From an uncultured bacterium (GTDB taxonomy: Bacteria > Bacillota > Clostridia > TANB77 > CAG-508): a stretch of 28,802 nucleotides of DNA. Below the pieces are notes generated by a model. That model was not told where the DNA came from. It saw nothing but the letters and a program-made list of their open reading frames with translations, and searched no databases. Both the position numbers and the translations under genes were made by a program. This document shows, piece after piece, positions 17,232 to 26,167 of the stretch (its first letter is position 1; each line of letters starts with the position of its first letter). Where the stretch lies: contig CAJMRU010000001.1 of assembly GCA_905215845.1 (NCBI GenBank), forward strand, positions 1 through 28,802. Reading direction: 5' to 3'.

Positions 17232-18875
17232 TCATATCATTCCTTTCATAATAGTTACTATAGCTTTACTCAAATTTGTTGATTTGTTTTTATTCACATA
17301 ATAATCAACAAACGCCTCGGCTATAGTTTCAGAAGCATCTTTTTCTATTGCATAATTTGAAATATTCATTATTGCTTTTCTTCTGTTTATTATACCATTT
17401 ATTTTACATTTTTTTAAGGCTTGATTCAATATTCTTGTAGAAGTAATATTATTATTCCAGTCTGTTGCTAACGCATTTATATTACTATGTTTTTTTCTTA
17501 ATATTTCATTTAATACCATATGCCCTGCCTCATGTATTCCCATATCTTTATAACTACTATTTTTAGGATGAAATTTCCTTTTTAAGTCTTTATTATACAT
17601 TTCTTTAGCTTTCACTTTGTCGTTAAAAATGTTTCTGTTTATTTCCATTATATAAGTCCCATCTTCTTGTGGAGTTATATTCATACCTCCGTAGGGATGT
17701 CTTATTTCGTTTATTTCTTTTATTTTTCCTTCTATCTGTGGAAAATCTTTATATACTTTTTTCATATTTTTCAATATATCACTCAATGTTTTCTTATCTA
17801 TATGTCTTATATTTAATTGTTCTAAATTTAATTTTTCTATTCTTCTTTCATATGCTTTGTCAAATAAATTATATTTTTCTTCTTGTTCTACTTTCGTACT
17901 TGTTTTAGGTGCTTGATAAACGATTGTACTTCTGCACCAATGAAAGTGATGTGAAATTGGTGGCAAATTTAAACCCAAGACAAGTCCTTTACATTTTATT
18001 TTTTCTATTTTTAGGTCTTTTTGTGTCTCACCATAGTATCTATTAAATTCATTTTCTTTATTTATATAAAATAACTGACCATCTAAACTATGACACATAT
18101 CTGTTTCATTGCCATCTATTGTAGCAATAAATCTAACTTTTGCTTCACTATCTACTTCCTTTATTCCTTCTACTTTAGCAAGGTTATTTAATCCTATTAA
18201 TTGTGCATCTATATCTCCTGATATTTTATCTCCATTTATATTCAGCTTAGAATCGTTTTGTCGTTTAATTAAATTCTGGTATATATCATTTGTTATGTCA
18301 GGTTGCTTTTGTTGTTGTAAATCAATTGTCATCTGTCTGTATATTTGTTGTGCATTGAATTGTATTGTTGCTTGTATATATTGTTCAAATATATATCCTT
18401 TTGTATTAGGTGTGTCTAGTAAGGATAAAAACAAAGCCCATTCTAATGTATTTATTGGTTTTCTTTCTTTTTTAGATAATATATTATTTACTTCTTGTTC
18501 TCCTTCTTGATAATAATAATTTGCATCATCATACATTATATTTAATTCTTGCTCTTGTATCCTGTTTCGTTCTTCTATATAAGCACCATATATAAGTAAT
18601 TCTAATATTTCGCTATTCTTTACTCTTGTTCTATTGTAAATATTTTTAGCTAATATGCCAAAGTATCCTGTTAATATTCTTCTATCTTTCCATTCTTCTA
18701 TGTATGTGTTCGCTCTATTTTTAGTTTTATTATCTGCTACATTATATAAAGTATCAAAATCAAATTTAAAAGTATCTATTATTTCTTGTAATCTATTTTG
18801 TGTTTGTTTGCTTGTTTTTAAATATAATTGTTTAAGCTCTTTCATTTTTCCGTTATGGTATTGCCAATTATCCAT
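17232..18875 (-). CDS. MuF / SPP1 gp7-like minor head protein with C-terminal HExxH metallopeptidase-like domain
   Basis: FIATIDGNETDMCHSLDG and PPISHHFHWCRSTI MuF motifs. C-terminal IHEAGH...ISNYA...SETIAEAF. Confidence 0.85.
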   Translation of the reverse strand: MDNWQYHNGKMKELKQLYLKTSKQTQNRLQEIIDTFKFDFDTLYNVADNKTKNRANTYIEEWKDRRILTGYFGILAKNIYNRTRVKNSEILELLIYGAYIEERNRIQEQELNIMYDDANYYYQEGEQEVNNILSKKERKPINTLEWALFLSLLDTPNTKGYIFEQYIQATIQFNAQQIYRQMTIDLQQQKQPDITNDIYQNLIKRQNDSKLNINGDKISGDIDAQLIGLNNLAKVEGIKEVDSEAKVRFIATIDGNETDMCHSLDGQLFYINKENEFNRYYGETQKDLKIEKIKCKGLVLGLNLPPISHHFHWCRSTIVYQAPKTSTKVEQEEKYNLFDKAYERRIEKLNLEQLNIRHIDKKTLSDILKNMKKVYKDFPQIEGKIKEINEIRHPYGGMNITPQEDGTYIMEINRNIFNDKVKAKEMYNKDLKRKFHPKNSSYKDMGIHEAGHMVLNEILRKKHSNINALATDWNNNITSTRILNQALKKCKINGIINRRKAIMNISNYAIEKDASETIAEAFVDYYVNKNKSTNLSKAIVTIMKGMI

Positions 18876-18885
18876 TTACAACACC

Positions 18886-20469
18886 TCACTTCTTTATAAT
18901 GTCCGTCTGTTCTTTTTGATTATAATTAACTTCTTCATTCATTTTTGTTTTCTTTTTTTCAAATGATGAATCTATCGGTTTTTGTTCTATATTTTGTATA
19001 TTTTCTAAATTTTTTTGCATATTAGCCTCGTTTTGACTATCTACTTCTGTAAGTTCAGCCTCACTGTCTAGGTCGTATGGTAAATGGTCTATTACTGTTT
19101 TGTCTGATAATAATCCTCTTAACTTAAGCCAAGCATTAACAACACTTTCTGTATCTGTTGGTAAATTTCTTGTAAGTATTACTTCTATATCTCTAAAATC
19201 ATATCGTTTGCTTTTCTTTATATTTATTCTATCTGTAATCATTCTCCACATTCTTAACAATTCTGCCTTAAACAGGTGGTCTGCTTGTTGCAATACTTGT
19301 TCTAACGGAAAAAACTTTTTCTCTAATGCACTTGAATTATCTGCATTTGTAAATCCTTGGTCTGTAACATTTGGTACACCACTTATCATTAACGCCATAT
19401 CTAAACAAGTTTTTTTGTGATTTTCAGAGGCTGTATCGTTTATATCTTTTATTCCCCAGCCAATATCCCCAGACTTATCTGGAGTATAAAATACTTTTGC
19501 ACCCAAAATAACTTCATCTTCTTTTTGTCTTTTAGGATTAGGAATCATTATTGGTTCTCCTGTGTTATCTAACTTTATTTCTCCCTTTTCGTCCATAGCT
19601 TCAATAAGACTATCATTTCGTGGTTCATATCCTGTTATTTTTAGTTTCGCATTATCATTATATTGAAATATGTTTGCATTATTTTTTATTATTTGTTCGT
19701 GTTTTTTTATTAATGTTATTACATTTTCAAAAAATGCAAGTCCATCAGGATTTTCTACTGCAAAACAAGGTAAATCGTTCCAATATATTTCTTTCTTGCT
19801 ATTTTCAACTTCTTTAAATTCATATTCAGCATTCTGTTTTATTTCTTTTTTATCTTTTCCATCAACATATTGTTTTTTATAATTTTCTGTTATTATTTCT
19901 AAATGTGTTTCTATTCCTCCTGATTCAGTATTTTCAAACCAAGCTCTTAATAATCCAATTTTCTTTGCTGGTACTTCATAATTCCAAATAGCTATTGTAT
20001 TTAAACTAGAAGTATGTGCATATACTTGTTCGTTATCGTTGTTTTCGTATACTAAACCATAACAAGCACCAGTATTTACATAGTCTTTCACACAATCATA
20101 GAAAAAACTACCATTGTCATTATATTTTGTAATATAATCAATGATAGTTTGAAATTCATCTGGATTGTTTTTTTCTCCAAATATTTTATTAAATATCTTT
20201 TTTAATATGTTTTTTTGTGTTTCATTAACTTTTTTCACTTTGTATTGAGGTTCTTTTCCACCAAAATATCCACTTGCTATTATACTTATATAATATTCTA
20301 ATGCCACAACAACATCGTTTGTGTCATTCTTCCTAGTAAATCTATCATATAAATATTTTCTATGCATAAATATTGGTAATACTTTCCCCCATAATATATT
20401 TATGTTCTTGTCTAGCTCTTCTTCTTTTAAAAATTCTTTCTGATATTGTATTCTTTCTACTATACCCAT
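18886..20469 (-). CDS. portal protein (SPP1 gp6-like)
   Basis: 527 aa after TerL, with ISGVPN, FTNADNSSALEKK, TRNLPTD and LSDKTVIDHLPY motifs. Confidence 0.9.
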   Translation of the reverse strand: MGIVERIQYQKEFLKEEELDKNINILWGKVLPIFMHRKYLYDRFTRKNDTNDVVVALEYYISIIASGYFGGKEPQYKVKKVNETQKNILKKIFNKIFGEKNNPDEFQTIIDYITKYNDNGSFFYDCVKDYVNTGACYGLVYENNDNEQVYAHTSSLNTIAIWNYEVPAKKIGLLRAWFENTESGGIETHLEIITENYKKQYVDGKDKKEIKQNAEYEFKEVENSKKEIYWNDLPCFAVENPDGLAFFENVITLIKKHEQIIKNNANIFQYNDNAKLKITGYEPRNDSLIEAMDEKGEIKLDNTGEPIMIPNPKRQKEDEVILGAKVFYTPDKSGDIGWGIKDINDTASENHKKTCLDMALMISGVPNVTDQGFTNADNSSALEKKFFPLEQVLQQADHLFKAELLRMWRMITDRINIKKSKRYDFRDIEVILTRNLPTDTESVVNAWLKLRGLLSDKTVIDHLPYDLDSEAELTEVDSQNEANMQKNLENIQNIEQKPIDSSFEKKKTKMNEEVNYNQKEQTDIIKK

Positions 20470-20481
20470 CTTTTTTTCTCC

Positions 20482-21882
20482 TCATATAATACTGTTATAT
20501 CCAAACTGAATTGTATTTGGTCTTGGATGCTCGTATACTCCTGTTAAGCAATCTTCTGCATCGTCATGTTCATTTTTTCCACTTCTTAAATAATGTTTTA
20601 AATGTTTGGCAAATTCTGGCCATCTATCTTCCCAGTTAATTGGAAAATAAATATTATTCATAACTGCTGTTGAGTTACTTAATATTCTAGCAACTTTATT
20701 TTCGCTTTGATGAAAAGGATTTATCTTAGTATGATAATTCTTCAGTTTCTTTAATTCTTCTTTTACATTTCTTGAAAAACCTCTACCACCATTGTTACTT
20801 TCAATATTTGCATACCCTACTTTATCCTTAGTAAGCATTTTTGCAACTGCTGGTTCTGTTATTTCCATAGATTCTTGTGTATATATAACATCTAATATGT
20901 AATATGAATTATTATACATTTGATAATCTATTGAACATAAATAATCCTCTCCTTCGTCTGCTGTATCTGTATAATTCATAATGTAATGTGCTGGTGGTAA
21001 TTTATCATATATTTTAAAACTACTGTATAATCTATTCTTTATATCTATTGGCTCTTGTTGATAATTAGCATATACAATGTCTTTGTTCATATTCTTAGTT
21101 TTTAGATTATAATCTTCTTTATTTAATATTTTGTCACATAACATTGAACCATCTTTTTGGACTGCTTGATAATTAATGTGTCTTACATTATCAAAATTTT
21201 CTAATATATATCCTGCTAAATCATTACTTGCCCATCTTGTCATTATTATGATTAGTTTAAAACCTGTTTCTGTTCTTGATAACATTGTATTATTAAACCA
21301 ATCTATTTGTTTCTGCAATACTGTTTCGTTATATGCCTCTTGAACATTTTTAATTAAGTCATCTATTATCATTAGAGTACATCCAAATCCTGTCGCAGTT
21401 CCTGTTGGAGATGTTGCTAAATAATTTGCTTGATTACTTCCTTCTAATGCCCATTTATTTGCACTAGCTTCTCCGTATTTTATTTTTGTATTAGGAAATA
21501 TATCATTATATACAATTACCCCTTCTGTCTTCTCTGATGCTATTGTATCTCTTACCGATTTTGCAAATGTTCCTGATAAAGTTTCATTGTAAGAACCAGT
21601 CATTACTTTTTCGTTTCTATTATTCCCAAATACCCATTCTACCAACTTTCCTGCTGTTCTTGATTTCCCATGTCTTGGTGGTACATTTATTACCATTATT
21701 TTGTCTTCTGGCTTTTGGCTTTCATAGAAATCTTGTAATTCATTGCACATATTTTTTAAGAACATTCTATCTTCTTTATAAAAATCACTAGCAGTAAGTT
21801 TGCAATATTCAAAAAAATCACGCCTAGCTAATTCTAGTCGTGCTTGTCTTTTTAATTCTTCTTTAATTTTATTGTTTATCAT
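20482..21882 (-). CDS. terL: terminase large subunit
   Basis: Walker A PPRHGKS, Walker B IIDD, MTRW, YQQEP, IESNNGG and HDDAED nuclease motifs. Confidence 0.95.
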   Translation of the reverse strand: MINNKIKEELKRQARLELARRDFFEYCKLTASDFYKEDRMFLKNMCNELQDFYESQKPEDKIMVINVPPRHGKSRTAGKLVEWVFGNNRNEKVMTGSYNETLSGTFAKSVRDTIASEKTEGVIVYNDIFPNTKIKYGEASANKWALEGSNQANYLATSPTGTATGFGCTLMIIDDLIKNVQEAYNETVLQKQIDWFNNTMLSRTETGFKLIIIMTRWASNDLAGYILENFDNVRHINYQAVQKDGSMLCDKILNKEDYNLKTKNMNKDIVYANYQQEPIDIKNRLYSSFKIYDKLPPAHYIMNYTDTADEGEDYLCSIDYQMYNNSYYILDVIYTQESMEITEPAVAKMLTKDKVGYANIESNNGGRGFSRNVKEELKKLKNYHTKINPFHQSENKVARILSNSTAVMNNIYFPINWEDRWPEFAKHLKHYLRSGKNEHDDAEDCLTGVYEHPRPNTIQFGYNSII

Positions 21883-22264
21883 CTTCTATCAACTGCCTTA
21901 ATTCTTCTGTTGTCATTCCTTCAAATGGATTGTTTATTTTTCCACTATGTTCTATTTGTTGTTTATCAGACCAACCAAAGTTATTTTTCAGATTAAATAT
22001 TATTCCTGTTGTTGCACTGTCTGTTATTAGATGTTTTTCTAGATAATTTTCAACTCTTAATTTGGCTTTTTTTATAGTGTCGGAAAATTGCTTATCTTTA
22101 GCATATTCTAACAATGTATCTCTACATATATCTAATGCTATACATAGTCCTGTTACTGTATACGGTTCATTATTAGATTCACAATCATTAAAATATTTAT
22201 CTATCTTTTCTTGCATCTGTTTTACACTTTTATATGCTTTAGGTCTTCCTACTTTATTTGTCAT
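21869..22264 (-). CDS. terS: terminase small subunit
   Basis: VGRPKAYKS...PYTVTGLCIALDI...IFNLKNNFGWSDK. The likely start is MTNKVGRP at 22264. Confidence 0.88.
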   Translation of the reverse strand: MTNKVGRPKAYKSVKQMQEKIDKYFNDCESNNEPYTVTGLCIALDICRDTLLEYAKDKQFSDTIKKAKLRVENYLEKHLITDSATTGIIFNLKNNFGWSDKQQIEHSGKINNPFEGMTTEELRQLIEDDKQ

Positions 22265-22415
22265 TCTTATCATTCTCTTTCTCATAAATTTTTTTTATTG
22301 CTTTTGCAATTCCTTTTATTATGCAATATATAATTCCAATAGTTATCCATAAACTACATAATGCTGATATTAATGCTATTGGACTTAATATTATTCCTAG
22401 TATAATTGTTAACAT
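22254..22415 (-). CDS. small membrane protein (53 aa)
   Basis: Translated by hand: MLTIILGIILSPIALISALCSLWITIGIIYCIIKGIAKAIKK... AAGGAG RBS, and it overlaps both neighbours. Confidence 0.6.
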   Translation of the reverse strand: MLTIILGIILSPIALISALCSLWITIGIIYCIIKGIAKAIKKIYEKENDKNDK

Positions 22416-22768
22416 TGTATTTTCTCCTTAAAATATTCTTCTATAATTTCATGTATGATTTCATGTGAATTTGATACGATATCTGCTACATCCTCTTCTG
22501 TATATTCTTTGTCTAAATGTGTTATATAATTTACTATATAACAATGTGTTAATTCGTGAATCAATGTAGCTTTCTTTCTGTCTATTGGTAAATCTTTATC
22601 TATATATATTTTTTGTATATCTGTATATGTAATCCCATAATATCTTGTATCTAGGCTCTTAATGTTTTCTTCTTCATTTGCTCTTCTTTGATTTTGTTTT
22701 ATTTTAATTTCCTCTTGCGTTATTTCTGCAATACTCCATTCTCTATTGTTGATTTTAAACTTCATCAA
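22409..22768 (-). CDS. small HExxH zinc metallopeptidase-like protein
   Basis: YYGIT...KIYID...TLIHELTH...EEDVAD. Confidence 0.7.
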   Translation of the reverse strand: MMKFKINNREWSIAEITQEEIKIKQNQRRANEEENIKSLDTRYYGITYTDIQKIYIDKDLPIDRKKATLIHELTHCYIVNYITHLDKEYTEEDVADIVSNSHEIIHEIIEEYFKEKIQC

Positions 22769-22968
22769 TATATCCCTTTCATTAAACTCTTATTTCTTTT
22801 AGCAGTTATCTGCTTTTGCTTTTTGTAGCCTTCGTTTTTGCTTTCTCTTTCATATTTATCACATTTTATAGTATTATCCATTCTTCGTCTTAGCTCTTCT
22901 TGACATTCTTTTTTATTTTTACAATTTGCACATATTATTCTTGCATATGTTTCATATATGTTTTCCAT
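22765..22968 (-). CDS. small Cys-containing hypothetical protein
   Basis: 67 aa with a CANC...C...C pattern and an AGGAG RBS. Confidence 0.6.
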   Translation of the reverse strand: MENIYETYARIICANCKNKKECQEELRRRMDNTIKCDKYERESKNEGYKKQKQITAKRNKSLMKGIY

Positions 22969-22978
22969 ATTTCTTCTC

Positions 22979-23104
22979 CTAAATTATAGAATGCATTGTT
23001 TTATGGTTTCTTAAGAAATCTTTTGCACTCCAATATTTTAATCCTTTTTCTTTAGCTGTTTTTATATATCTTTCTGCACTTTCTTTAGTCCACTTTCTTT
23101 TCAT
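22979..23104 (-). CDS. 41-aa basic hypothetical protein
   Basis: Translated by hand: MKRKWTKESAERYIKTAKEKGLKYWSAKDFLRNHKTMHSII, with an AAGGAG RBS. Confidence 0.6.
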   Translation of the reverse strand: MKRKWTKESAERYIKTAKEKGLKYWSAKDFLRNHKTMHSII

Positions 23105-23131
23105 TTTTTTAAATCTCCTTTATTTTATAAT

Positions 23132-23219
23132 TGGCGATAACCTATGGACTTGCACCATATACCTTGTTAGGTACGCAATTCTTAGCAGGAATGCTCCAAA
23201 CTTTTTGGATTAGGTTACC
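23132..23219 (-). tRNA. tRNA-Ser(GCT), class II, with atypical D and T loops
   Basis: Acceptor GGTAACC/GGTTATC followed by G-CCA. Anticodon loop CT-GCT-AA. Long variable arm TACC-TAACAA-GGTA. T arm TATGG-TGCAAGT-CCATA. Confidence 0.8.
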
Positions 23220-23381
23220 ATATTACAGGAATTGCACTATTGCCAACTAGTATGCAAAGGCTATTTGCCTCTGGGCAGTACATTTCCAGAAACCTTTTCT
23301 ACTCTTGGCAGATAGGTAATTTGTGTAGGTTGGTATAATGCTGGAATCAAACCAACCTGAGACACTTTTGGTGTCATTGAC

Positions 23382-23414
23382 AAAAGAGCAGACATTAAAT
23401 TAACATCTACTCTT
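23382..23414 (-). terminator. terminator-like hairpin
   Basis: Minus strand reads AAGAGTAGATGTTAATTTAATGTCTGCTCTTTT, with G-U-containing stem and T-run. Confidence 0.55.
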
Positions 23415-23472
23415 CTTTTTTAATTAAATAAATTAGGGTGCTTTTTTGTCTTCCGACATTTTTACTATTGTT

Positions 23473-23529
23473 ATTATACTATATATTTTTGTATAATACT
23501 ACGACATATTTACGACATTTTAACGACAT
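23473..23529 (-). promoter_or_regulatory. putative activator-dependent late promoter
   Basis: Three ACGACAT direct repeats at 23501, 23512 and 23523 (11-bp period). Minus-strand TATAAT at 23478-23473, with no consensus -35. Confidence 0.65.
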
Positions 23530-23530
23530 T

Positions 23531-24733
23531 TTAGTTTTTTGCTTTAAAATTATATATAGGTTTTATTATTTTCTGTATTTCCACTGTATCTTGTATATTA
23601 TCTATTATTTCTTGCATAGGCTTATAGCAAAATGGTGCTTCATCTATTGTATCTTCTACAACGCTTGTTGAATATATATCTTTCATACTTTCTTTAAACT
23701 CTTGTAGTTTAAACATCTCTTTTGCTTTATGTCTTGACATTAGTCTTCCTGCTCCATGTGGTGCTGAATTATTCCAGTCTGTATTACCTTTTCCTACTGC
23801 TATTATACTTCCATCTCTCATATTTATTGGAATTAAAACTTTTTCTCCTTTTTTAGCTGATATAGCACCTTTACGAACTATATTATCTTCAAACGATATA
23901 TAATTGTGTATTGTGTGAAAATATGGAAAAACTATTATTCCTGTATCTATCAACTTTGATAATATTTGTTGTGCTATTTTGTTTCTATTTTCTGTTGCAT
24001 ATTCTTGACATATTTTCATATCATGTAAATACATTTCTCTATATTTTCCTGTTAAATAACATAGTTCATTTGGTAACTCTGGTTTGTTTTGTTTGTATTC
24101 CGTTTCTAACTGTTTTAATGCTTTTTGTATTTCTAATTTTCTTCCTTGCTCTTTATATGTTTTTATTATTTCTTCTTTTCTTTTAAACATTTCTTCTTTG
24201 CCAGAACATAATTGAATTGCTAAATTTTGATAATAGTCTGCTACTTGTTTTCCTAAATTCCTGCTCCCTGTATGGATTACTAGATATTTATTATTTTCAT
24301 CATCTATATCTAGTTCTATAAAGTGATTTCCTCCGCCTAGTGTTCCTATTGCTCTATTAAATTTCTTTGTTTCTTTTAATTCTCTTAAACAATATAATTG
24401 ATTTATTATTTCAAAATTCATTGAATTATGTTCTCTTATATTTCTTCCTGCTGGAATATATTTATTTATTACTTTATCTAATTTTTCTAGGTCTATTTCT
24501 ATGTTTCCTAATTCTACACATAACATTCCACAACCTATATCTACGCCAACTATATTTGGTATTACTTTATCTCCTAAATCTGCCGTAAAACCTATTACAC
24601 AGCCTTTTCCTGCGTGAACATCTGGCATTATTCTTACTTTGCAATTTCTAAATGGCTCTTGTTCTAGCAATAAGTCTATTTGTTTTATTGCTTGATCTTC
24701 TATATTTTCAGTAAATATTTTTAAATCCTTCAT
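23531..24733 (-). CDS. rtcB: RtcB-family RNA ligase
   Basis: MPDVHAGKG, VGVDIGCG, GTLGGGNHFIE, HTGSR, HNY, RKGA, HGAGR and DEAPxxYK motifs. Confidence 0.95.
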   Translation of the reverse strand: MKDLKIFTENIEDQAIKQIDLLLEQEPFRNCKVRIMPDVHAGKGCVIGFTADLGDKVIPNIVGVDIGCGMLCVELGNIEIDLEKLDKVINKYIPAGRNIREHNSMNFEIINQLYCLRELKETKKFNRAIGTLGGGNHFIELDIDDENNKYLVIHTGSRNLGKQVADYYQNLAIQLCSGKEEMFKRKEEIIKTYKEQGRKLEIQKALKQLETEYKQNKPELPNELCYLTGKYREMYLHDMKICQEYATENRNKIAQQILSKLIDTGIIVFPYFHTIHNYISFEDNIVRKGAISAKKGEKVLIPINMRDGSIIAVGKGNTDWNNSAPHGAGRLMSRHKAKEMFKLQEFKESMKDIYSTSVVEDTIDEAPFCYKPMQEIIDNIQDTVEIQKIIKPIYNFKAKN

Positions 24734-24742
24734 ATTCCCTCC

Positions 24743-25234
24743 TTATAATTTTAACATTTTGTTTGTTGCTTTTTCTATTATTCTTTGTATATGTCTATCA
24801 CTTCTAGTTTGATTAAATAATTGGAAATATAATTTGTTCCCTATTTCTTCTGCTGTTCTTCCTTCTACATAGTATGCTGTTAATATTTCTCTTTCTTTGT
24901 ATTTAAGTCCTATAAGTCTATCATCTACTGCTTCCACTTTTTCTCTTAGTTCTCTTACTGTTTTTTCTAATTCTTCTATTTCCTCTTCTAATTGTTCTGC
25001 TTTACTTTCTTTTTCTTCTATTTTGCTTAAAACTTTGTTACTAATCTGATTTTTGCTATGTATGTCTTGATTTACTCCATATGTTGTTGTTAAACTTGTC
25101 TCTGTTTCTTCTAAAGATTTCAGTTTTATTCTAGCTACTTTTAACTCTTTTAATTTTATATTTAATTTAGCTTTGTTCTCTTTATATGTCTTTAATAATT
25201 CTATTAGGTCACTTTTATTCATTTGTACCTCCAT
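24743..25234 (-). CDS. ArpU/RinA-like late transcriptional activator
   Basis: Coiled coil plus sigma-region-4-like C-terminus (LKYKEREILTAYYVEGRTAEEIG...SDRHIQRIIEKA), at the end of the early region. Confidence 0.75.
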   Translation of the reverse strand: MEVQMNKSDLIELLKTYKENKAKLNIKLKELKVARIKLKSLEETETSLTTTYGVNQDIHSKNQISNKVLSKIEEKESKAEQLEEEIEELEKTVRELREKVEAVDDRLIGLKYKEREILTAYYVEGRTAEEIGNKLYFQLFNQTRSDRHIQRIIEKATNKMLKL

Positions 25235-25415
25235 ATCTTTTATATTTTAATTCTTTGACTATTTTTATTAAATGTCTGTTTTCTTCTAATTGTTTTAGTA
25301 ATAATTTCTTTAAATTTGCATTTTCTATTTCTAGTAGTTTTATTTGTTTATCTCTTTCTTGTATCATTAATATTATTAATGCATCTTTATTATCTTGTGT
25401 TTCTTCTAGTATCAT
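25215..25415 (-). CDS. hypothetical coiled-coil protein
   Basis: ORF track; tightly packed in the operon. Confidence 0.55.
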   Translation of the reverse strand: MILEETQDNKDALIILMIQERDKQIKLLEIENANLKKLLLKQLEENRHLIKIVKELKYKRYGGTNE

Positions 25416-25421
25416 TTTTTA

Positions 25422-25577
25422 TCACTTACTTTCTTTGTTAAGTATTTGTATTAACATTTCATTTTGCTGTTTTAACATTTTATTTTCAGTTATTAATATA
25501 TCTTTTGCTCTTTCTAAAGAATCTTTATATATACATACTTCTTTATAGATATATTTTATCATTTCTTCTTCTCCCAT
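25422..25577 (-). CDS. 51-aa hypothetical protein
   Basis: Translated by hand: MGEEEMIKYLYKEVCIYKDSLERAK... GAGG RBS, and it fills the gap in the operon. Confidence 0.55.
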   Translation of the reverse strand: MGEEEMIKYIYKEVCIYKDSLERAKDILITENKMLKQQNEMLIQILNKESK

Positions 25578-25578
25578 A

Positions 25579-25947
25579 CTATTTTTCCTCTCTTTTTTTA
25601 TTTATTCTATTTACTGCTAATATTATTTCGTTTGTCTTGTTTAAAATATCATAGAAACTTTCATTTAAAACTTCTCTTAGTTCCATTTTGTTTTCCATTT
25701 CCTCTACTGTTATTCCTGCTATTCTTAGTTCAGATATTGCTTCTGTTTTTTCTTCTATTGTTTCAAATTCTATATGTATATTGCAAAGAAAACTTGTATC
25801 AAATACTCCAGACTTCCAATTTAATTTTTTATTCTTGTATTCTATTTCCGTTATATAGTCTCCTGTTAATTCATCTATTACACTTATTTTTGTATTTTCT
25901 TTTATTTGCCCACTGTATATTTGTTCAAATAATTTATTTGCTTTCAT
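25579..25947 (-). CDS. hypothetical protein
   Basis: ORF track, 122 aa, with operon packing. Confidence 0.65.
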   Translation of the reverse strand: MKANKLFEQIYSGQIKENTKISVIDELTGDYITEIEYKNKKLNWKSGVFDTSFLCNIHIEFETIEEKTEAISELRIAGITVEEMENKMELREVLNESFYDILNKTNEIILAVNRINKKREEK

Positions 25948-25951
25948 TTCT

Positions 25952-26167
25952 CTACCTTCTTTCCTGCAAATATTTATATATTACTTCTTCTATATGTGCT
26001 AAGCTTTCGTAATTCGTTAAAAATTTCCCATCGTGTCTGTGTCTTGGTCTGCTTCTTATATTTCTTACTTGCATATTGTATTCTCTTTTATATATCTTTG
26101 CTAAGTTGTTTTTACTTAGTCCTTGTTTCCATTTTTGGATTATTTCTTTGTCTGTCAATGCTAACAC
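25952..26167 (-). CDS. small basic hypothetical protein
   Basis: ORF track. The real start may be the TTG of MTDKEII after GAGGTG. Confidence 0.55.
   Translation of the reverse strand: MLALTDKEIIQKWKQGLSKNNLAKIYKREYNMQVRNIRSRPRHRHDGKFLTNYESLAHIEEVIYKYLQERR

Noticed and set aside
23132..23219. Phage tRNA as the CGG frameshift-suppressor tRNA
   Set aside because: It has a normal 7-nt loop with anticodon GCT and Ser identity elements, so it cannot pair with CGGN.
23501..23529. Short direct repeats as a CRISPR array
   Set aside because: The units are 7 bp with 4-bp gaps and there are no cas genes. A protein-binding site fits better.
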